64,000 bases of DNA from NCBI GenBank assembly GCA_001661245.1, contig KV454017.1:62001-126000 (forward strand), in the 5' to 3' direction. A program made the position numbers and the translations under genes. Positions 56,592-64,000 of the stretch are shown here, one piece after another. The notes beneath the pieces are model-generated. The model worked only from the letters and a program-made list of their open reading frames with translations, was not told the origin of the DNA and ran no database searches. The first letter of the stretch is position 1, and each line of letters starts with the position of its first letter. Origin of the DNA: Pachysolen tannophilus NRRL Y-2460 (Eukaryota).

Positions 56592-59500
56592 TTACCAAAA
56601 GCTATCATTATTATTATTATTATTTGTTTTTTTAATGCTTCTGCCTGCTGTTTCGTTATTGTTGTGATTATTATCTGTAATGCTATTATGATTGGGGTTG
56701 AAACTATGCCCAAAATTGTCGCTGCCAACACTATCGCCACTATTACCACCTGGAATACCAGTAGAGACAGAAATAGGTTTACTTGAAGCGTTTTTAGAAT
56801 AATTTGTTTCTGAAAAATCTGGGACAGCGCTACTACCATGACTATTGTGCAATTGATTGCTTTTATTAGTAATATTGCTAGTGGATGCCTTTGTTGCCTT
56901 AGATGTTTTTGTTGCCTGTGCTCCTTGTGTTCCTTGTGTTCCCTCATTGTACTGGTTACCTCTGAAAATACGTATTGAGCCATACCCATCGGTATCTGTA
57001 TCGGTGTTATTATTGTCTTCATCATTTTCATCGGTAATTAACAAACCTCTCCGCTCATCCAAGATTTCTGATTCAAAACTTTTATTTCTTCCTAAAAAGA
57101 AAATCAAAAAACATGATGTAACAAAGAAAATTATCAAGATTCCTAAGAGTGCACCAATACCCATTGCTACACCTGGTAATTTTATATGTGGAATACTCGA
57201 AGAAGGTTGATTTAACCAATCTGGAGAAATTGGTCTATCTATTAAAAAGATACATGATTTAACATCACCATCATAATAAGTTTTTGAAGTACAACCTTTA
57301 CTTAAAATTCTAACTTCTTTATCTTTACCTTCAGCAATTTGTAACATATAATTACCTGTTGATAACTCCCTACATGATAAGTTGGAATTGTTTAATAAAG
57401 TTGGAATTTTTGATTCACAATTTAATAAACTTTCCACAGATGTTGAAGGTAAAATGTGTAATCTTAAAAATTCAGACATAAACTCTGGATCTGTGAAAAG
57501 TGTAATATTTTCCAATAATAAAGATCTCGGTGTTGGTAAAATTAAAGAATACCCATTATCGAAAACTTCGTTAGAAAGATTAAATAAATCTAAAAATTTT
57601 AAAAATTCAAACGATTTTGTTGTTTCAACCAAATTTTGTAAAGTAATATCCAAAGATTTCGGGAAAATAACATCTTCCAAAACATGAACTACACCTTGAT
57701 TAAATAAAATATCCGAATTTTTAACAATTTGAAATTCAGTTCCATTTAAAGACATTAATTGATTTTTATCATCTGGTGTAGATGAATTTGAAGAAATAAC
57801 TATTGGATCACCAGTTAAAGTTGTAGAAGTTATTTCACCAGTGAAATCACTATAAATTAAATCTTCAATAATATTATTTTCCATTAATATTGCTAATGCA
57901 GTTTTATTTTGAGTTAAATATTCCCAAGTTAATTCTAAATTTTCCCAAGCTTCATGACAAGGTAAAAATAAAGTATATCCCTTTTTATTGTTGGGTAATA
58001 TAATTAATCCCAATTCATCTAAATAACTCATAGATTTAGAACATGAGAAATATGGTCCAGTGGCAACATCTAATCTTGGAGGAGGTGTTAAATTATCATC
58101 CATTAAATAGATATATGTATTTCCAACTTCTATCTTTGGTATATCTTCATTTATATAAACATGATTATTCAACAAAATTTTTTCATTCAATTTTGTAATT
58201 TTAATTTTTTGACAATTATCTCCTAATTTTTTATAACAAAGTTTACTATCAACTAATTTACTTGAATTTAAATCAATTTTACCTTGAACAAATTGATATA
58301 AATCTCCATCTTTATGACTATCTGAGATAGACAGGAAATCTTCATCTGATGATGAACTAGTGACAAACAAAGTTTGTTCCAATTCATTATCATCGATGAG
58401 ATAATTTAAATGTTTAAAATCTAATTCTTCCACAAAGATAGAATTGTTTAAACCTAATAAATATTTTCTAGGTGTGAAAACTATTGGATCTACCATAAAA
58501 CTATCATTTTGGAAAAAATGTAAGATTCCATCAGATGCTAATACGTTTGAAATGTTTGATTTATAGAGTTCATCAATCAATACAGTATGACCATGATTTT
58601 GTGAAGTTATATTATGCAAATTGTTGTTGAGATCAGCAACAACCATAACATTAGAATTGCAATTTGAAGTTGAAGTTGAAGTTGATGTTAAGGTTGTTCC
58701 TAATGACAATGGTTGTGAATCGCTAACGTTGCCACCAACATATCCATTTGTGAAATGACCATTTATATATTTCAATCTATCAGTTTCACTAATTATTGAA
58801 GAAAATGTTAAATAATTTAATTCAATTTCATTAAAAGTTATTGCCAGATCAAGAGGAATAAAACCAGTTACATTTGTTAATTTTCCACAAGTTTCTTTAT
58901 CTTTAATTAATTTTTGAAAAATTAAAATAGTTTTAGAAGAATTTAAATTGTTCATTAATTGATTACAAATATTATCATGTTCTTTGTATAATGAAGAAAT
59001 TCCATGAACTATTGAATTTTGTGATGTAGCAAACAAATCTGGTTCCACAACTTCTGAATCTTCGAAAAAAACAGTTTCATAATCATAATCATAAAATGAT
59101 AAAATTGGATATTGTTTTTTGTTTTTAAAAGTTTTAGAAATTAAAGTTCCTTTTAATTTAATATCATCAGTTGTAATATAGGAATCCAATATATATCTTT
59201 TAATATCATTCTCTAATTTCATCGATAAAGAATCAAATCCATCTTCAATAACAAAAGCAGAATTAATAGGAGCTAATAATGTTATATTTTCCAACAGATT
59301 TAAATATGGTACCATACCAATCTGTTGAATTGCCCTTAAAAATGAACTAAATTCAACATCACCAGATAAAACATCAATCACCGTCCTGGTCACTTGTGGA
59401 TCACCATCTTCCCCATTATCTTGCTTACCTTGATCTTGCATCGTCCCAATGGGCACCCCATTAGCATACCCAACCACATACGCTATAAGTAACAGCGCTA

Positions 59501-59608
59501 AACCCACTACTTTGAAAATGCCTGTACCGCTTGCTGCTCCTGCTGTACTCCCCCGGTAAAACTTCCACCCACAACCGCAGAATTCGATTCTTTCTGTTCT
59601 TCAGACAT
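56592..59608 (-). CDS. Fasciclin (FAS1)-repeat type I membrane protein, YLR001C-like; true start unresolved
   Basis: TVIDVLSGDVEFSSFLRAIQ..YLN..NITLLAPINSAF, repeated FAS1 motifs (DGILH, QGVVHVL), C-terminal TM. No in-frame ATG precedes the signal peptide; ATG at 59608 is 1 nt out of frame. Confidence 0.78.
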
Positions 59609-60260
59609 TTCAATCCAAAACAAAAAAAAAAAAGAAAGAAAAAAGAAATAAAAATTTCTCAGATAATCACAACAAAACTATCAGTCTTATTACTTTTCGG
59701 TGATCGTTAATCCAGCTAATAAATATCTAATAGTATTTTCCCTAATTAAAGTAAATACCCATACTAAATTTAATTTTTTTTTTGCAAAATTTCTTCATAG
59801 TTGAAAAGTGAAAAAAAACAAAAAACAAAAAAAAAAATCAAAAATTGTGGTCGTGCGATTTAAAATCAATTTTTACGTTTTTGGATATTTGATTTTTAAA
59901 AAACTACATTTTAAAAAATTATTTCCTTTTTTGGAGTTCTAAACTTTTCAGACACTACTTTTTATAATTTTTCCGTATTTGGAAATTTTTGAGATTTGAA
60001 AACTACTTTTTGATTTATTTGATATTTTTTTTTTTTTTGAAGATACGTTTTTCTGTGTGTCCCCCTTTTCGTTAAAACAAAGGGTAACAAAGCAGAATTT
60101 TGTTTATATTAAAACAAACAACAATTGATTGATCTGGTTATTGATATTGTTTGTTTGTTTTTTTTTTTTTAGCGCGAGTTTATTTGATTTAATTTTAATT
60201 TGATTTTGTTTTGCTTGGTTTGGTTTTGGTTTGGTTTAGTTTATCAATATTTGTATTTTT

Positions 60261-60975
60261 ATGTCTGGTTCAAGCAGTACATCAAGTAGTAAATCAAGAA
60301 CATAATGGCAATGAGAATCAGGAAGATGTTGATGATGCTGAATTGAAGGCGATGAAGGAAAGGATGGCTGAGATGGAGAGGGAAGCTGCAAAGTTGCGGG
60401 AGTTACAATCGAATTTGGAGAATAATGCGAGCGGCCAATCTGAGATAGGGACGAGGACGGGATTTTTACCAGGAACGGCGGGGGCCATGGATGCTGGTTC
60501 AAGGTCGACTGGCACTGGTGCTGGAACTGGGTCTGGAATTGGAGCTGGAACTGGAACATCAGCTATAGAAGATAAGGACGATGTGGACTCGAGAAGTGTT
60601 TATGTTGGTAATGTGGATTATGGTTCAACTCCAGAGGAATTACAGAAACATTTTCAAAGTTGTGGAACGATAAATAGAGTGACGATATTGTTGGACAAGT
60701 TTACTGGACACCCAAAAGGGTTTGCATATATAGAGTTTTCTGATCCTGCTTATGTTGGACAGGCATTGGTCTTGAGTGATTCGTTGTTCCGTGGAAGAAA
60801 TTTAAAAGTTGTACCAAAGAGGACCAACGTTCCAGGTCTTAGTGCTGGTGGTAGAGGAAGCTTTAGAGGTGGATTTAGAGGAAGAGGTGGGTTCAGAGGA
60901 AGAGGTGGCTTTAGAGGAAGAGGCGGTTTTAGAGGTGCTGGGTTCAGAGGAAGAGGCCGTTTTGTTCCATACTAA
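60261..60975 (+). CDS. SGN1: PABPN1/Pab2-like RRM protein Sgn1 with coiled coil and RGG tail; start unresolved
   Basis: [52 protein letters not shown], (GGFRGR)n, final F.PY. First in-frame ATG 60352; ATG 60261 is 1 nt out of frame. Confidence 0.85.
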
Positions 60976-61250
60976 AAATAATGTCAACCTAACTTTGTTT
61001 TTTCCATTTTTTCAATTTACTTTCTTTCTTTTCCTCTTTTTTTCTTTTAAAAAATTTGTTACTACTACTATACTATCCGTTAATTAGATAACTTTTCAAT
61101 TAATAGATTATACTTGAGAAATTTTTTTTTTTTTAAAAAATTAAAATAAAAAATCTACAACAGACCTTGACGATAAACGTATGTATATAAATCTCTATAT
61201 ATATCTATGAATATATATATATATATATATATGCTCAAATGTATGTTCAT

Positions 61251-63038
61251 TTATAAGGCAACAGCAGCATAGGTTCCAAAAACTGCTAAAATGGCACTTG
61301 TGGTGATAACAATCCAACAAATAATTCTTTCTCTAATTGTTGTATTGCATAATTTCATATAAAATAAACATGGTAAAATCAAGCATACTGTAAAACAAAT
61401 ACTTGAACCCATAACACCTATAATTCTATCAAATTCAGGGAAAACAATTGATATACTAACAAATGCTAAATTTACCAATACTCTATTAAATAATCTTAAA
61501 AATTTAACTTTAAATTTTGATTTTTTAGCTAAATCAAAATTGTTATAATTAACATCACAAATTAAATCTAACATTGATACAATTGGTAATGCATTTAATG
61601 GAGTCTTGGATAAAGGAACTAATGAAATAAAACATGAAATTAAAATATAGACAAATGGAGGATAACCTGCAGTTGTTAAAATGCTCTTGGTAACTTCATC
61701 TTTAACTGTTGCACCAAACATTAAAAATCCAATAATTGCCATTGTTGAATCTGCTAAAAATGTAATAGCATATGTGACTTTTAAATTTGTTGCAAATCTT
61801 TGAGGATGTCTCATATCAACTCTTAAATTGGGGAAAATAGAATGACCTCCAAAAGGTGATAATATAATACCAATTGAAATCAATATACCTGAAAAAGATT
61901 CCGGATAAATATTAGTTGGCATAATTTCTAATAATGAACCTGGCAGATGACTTTTAGTTAATCCTAATGAAATTACGGTTATAATAACTGAAATTGTTGA
62001 CATTACCCCTAAGAGACTAAACATACTTAATACTCTTAAGGGCATGAATGTAAAAGGTGTTAATATTAAAAATGCAACGAATTTAAATCTTAAAACAGAA
62101 ATGGATGGGAATAATGCATTTAAAGAATCTGCAAATAAAATTATCAATGATACACCACATGCCAATAAATCTATTGAAAATAAAAATGAAATTAAAATTC
62201 TTGCATTTACTCCAAATGCAGCGTAACCAATATCGGCATATGTCATTAACGTTGCATCGGTATCCATACATTTCGATAATAATTCAGCTGTTTGGAAAGT
62301 TGAAAATGCACATAATGATAAAAATGGAAGTCCAAACATCCAACCAGCATGTCTCAAACCTAAAGGTAATGCCAATAATCCAATTCCAATCATAATATTA
62401 ACAGAATTGAAAACTGTTTGAGGTAAAGTTGATTCCCCTGCAATAACTGTAATATTTTTACCATTAGAATCTTCAATAGTCTTGAGAAAAGTAGAATCAT
62501 TTGGTGGCTTAATACCAGTACTTAATAAACTTGTTCTGCTCGTTATTGGATTCAATCTAGAACCAAATGAATACATAGACCCAGTTCTACCTCTAACTCT
62601 ATTTGGAGGATAGCTGTAAACAGATAAATCATCAGCAATAGCATGCTCATTATTACCGCCGGTGCCGGTACCGGCACCAGTACCATTGCCATTTCCAGCA
62701 CCAGCACCAGTCTCAAACTCTCCAAATGAAGTTAAATTTGGTTTAAAAATAGTAGATATCTTACTACCAAGTCTACTTGGAACAAAAGTTTCTGGATCTA
62801 CCAATTCTTCTCCATCTTCATCAAAATATGCTCTATCACCTGCTAATTTCGATTCAAATATCTTATTCCCATGGAAATTGACACTTCGACTATAAGAATC
62901 AGCAAACCTAGTCAAAGAATTAACACCTCTGAAAGAACCTATAGGATTATCAAATATCGATTCTCTTCTCCGTGTATTTGGAATGGCCATATAAGCACCT
63001 GTTGGAGGTGTACTATTAGAATTCGAAGAGTTATCCAT
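61251..63038 (-). CDS. AVT1: Vacuolar amino acid transporter Avt1 (AAAP family)
   Basis: STLPQTVFNSVNIMIGIGLLALPLGL..AGW, LMTYADIGYAAFG, GGHSIFPNL..DMRHP; next to MPP10. Confidence 0.88.
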   Translation of the reverse strand: MDNSSNSNSTPPTGAYMAIPNTRRRESIFDNPIGSFRGVNSLTRFADSYSRSVNFHGNKIFESKLAGDRAYFDEDGEELVDPETFVPSRLGSKISTIFKPNLTSFGEFETGAGAGNGNGTGAGTGTGGNNEHAIADDLSVYSYPPNRVRGRTGSMYSFGSRLNPITSRTSLLSTGIKPPNDSTFLKTIEDSNGKNITVIAGESTLPQTVFNSVNIMIGIGLLALPLGLRHAGWMFGLPFLSLCAFSTFQTAELLSKCMDTDATLMTYADIGYAAFGVNARILISFLFSIDLLACGVSLIILFADSLNALFPSISVLRFKFVAFLILTPFTFMPLRVLSMFSLLGVMSTISVIITVISLGLTKSHLPGSLLEIMPTNIYPESFSGILISIGIILSPFGGHSIFPNLRVDMRHPQRFATNLKVTYAITFLADSTMAIIGFLMFGATVKDEVTKSILTTAGYPPFVYILISCFISLVPLSKTPLNALPIVSMLDLICDVNYNNFDLAKKSKFKVKFLRLFNRVLVNLAFVSISIVFPEFDRIIGVMGSSICFTVCLILPCLFYMKLCNTTIRERIICWIVITTSAILAVFGTYAAVAL

Positions 63039-63381
63039 TATTATATATCAATGCAAAAATGTAAAAACAAAAAACAAAACAGAAAAACACACAACACACA
63101 CAAAATAAAACGTTACAAGAAACTCTTATCCAATCCAATCCAGTCCAATCCAACTACTACCCACTATCCTGAACTGATTCCTGATTTAATAAAGAATTAT
63201 CTTGATGATCAAAAATTAAGCATTTATTTATTTATTTATTTATTTATTTTACTGATAGAGAGATAAAACATTTACTGACACGATAATAGACAAGATGAAG
63301 TTGAACTATTAATACGAGATGATCTTGTACTGAATTGATGATTATATCTCTATATCTATCTATATATCTATCTATCTATTA

Positions 63382-63999
63382 TCATAGCTTGAAGGAGACA
63401 CTATCAGTTTTAGCTTTGTCTACTTTTAAATTCCCCTTCATGTCTCTTTTTTCACCTTTATTACTTATAACTGTAACGTTATTGGCATTGGATAAAGTAT
63501 CAGCAACACTTTCTTTCTTGCTTTTTTTAGCCGACAGTTGATTAACAAAAGCCTTGCTCTTCTTTCTCTTTTCAGCTCTACGTAATCTTTGTTTTTCTTC
63601 TCTTGTAAGTTCATCTTTAGCCATTGTTAGACCAGATTTAAGTGTAACTTCATTTTTATGTACTCCTGTTTTATTTTTGTAGATTTCTTGTGGAGCTAAA
63701 GTTGAAGATGTTGATAAAGTTAATGGCTGTGAATCTTCCATAGATATAGCTGAAGTATCGACTTTTATATCTAATGATTTTTGTGCAGGTTTTGGTGTAA
63801 AATGTGCTGAACATAAAGAGTCTAATTTATGAGTTAATGATTGAAACATTTGTTTAATTTCATTATGAGTTTTTATTAATTCTTCATTTGCAACTGAATT
63901 TGAATCAACTTGATTAAACTCATCTTCGTATAAATCTGCTAAAGATTTAGATGATTTAGTTTCATCTAATACAATTTTTCTTGAAGGTTTGAAATTTGT
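63382..63999 (-). CDS. MPP10: 3' part of U3 snoRNP protein Mpp10; truncated by window end
   Basis: KSKSLADLYEDEF, LDSLCSAHFTPKP, AISMEDSQP..LAPQEIY, ELTREEKQRLRRAEKRK. Confidence 0.9.
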   Translation of the reverse strand, partial: TNFKPSRKIVLDETKSSKSLADLYEDEFNQVDSNSVANEELIKTHNEIKQMFQSLTHKLDSLCSAHFTPKPAQKSLDIKVDTSAISMEDSQPLTLSTSSTLAPQEIYKNKTGVHKNEVTLKSGLTMAKDELTREEKQRLRRAEKRKKSKAFVNQLSAKKSKKESVADTLSNANNVTVISNKGEKRDMKGNLKVDKAKTDSVSFKL

Positions 64000-64000
64000 A

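Noticed and set aside
60847..60960. 18-bp periodic repeat resembling an array
   Set aside because: It is the coding RGG (GGFRGR)n tail of Sgn1; no spacers, not CRISPR.
2764..63038. CUG-Ser (Candida-type) code
   Set aside because: The informative CTG sites match Ala, including the internal paralog comparison (GCA versus CTG).
544..63541. Many 60-170 aa antisense or alternate-frame ORFs in the track
   Set aside because: Shadows of real CDSs or of low-complexity A/T and trinucleotide tracts; no family motifs.

Overview
AT-rich, gene-dense budding-yeast (Saccharomycotina) nuclear DNA containing about 33 protein-coding genes (two truncated by the window edges), 2 tRNA genes and one assembly gap. 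CTG codons repeatedly fall at conserved-Ala positions, so the genome appears to use the CUG-Ala code (Pachysolen-like), and the supplied ORF track mistranslates those codons as Leu. The track misses or truncates seven spliced genes, which I rebuilt from splice signals: YSY6, RPS28, PET117, MMF1/HMF1, RPL34, RMD1 and SDO1 (9 introns, 4 with AAG acceptors). The most striking structure is a ~7.6 kb gene-free block (37620-45249) immediately after the H2A-H2B pair. It is surrounded by orthologues of genes that sit next to several different S. cerevisiae centromeres (RMD1, HTA2/HTB2, YLR001C, SGN1, AVT1, MPP10), which makes it a strong candidate regional centromere; I saw no long inverted repeat or intact retrotransposon in it. 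Other points of interest: tandem alkaline ceramidases sharing a promoter (with an inverted pair of Upc2-type sites) with SUR1; a two-ATG MMF1/HMF1 gene; and three genes whose natural N-terminus is one base out of frame (assembly error or recoding). Gene names come from recalled family motifs and synteny; no searches were run.
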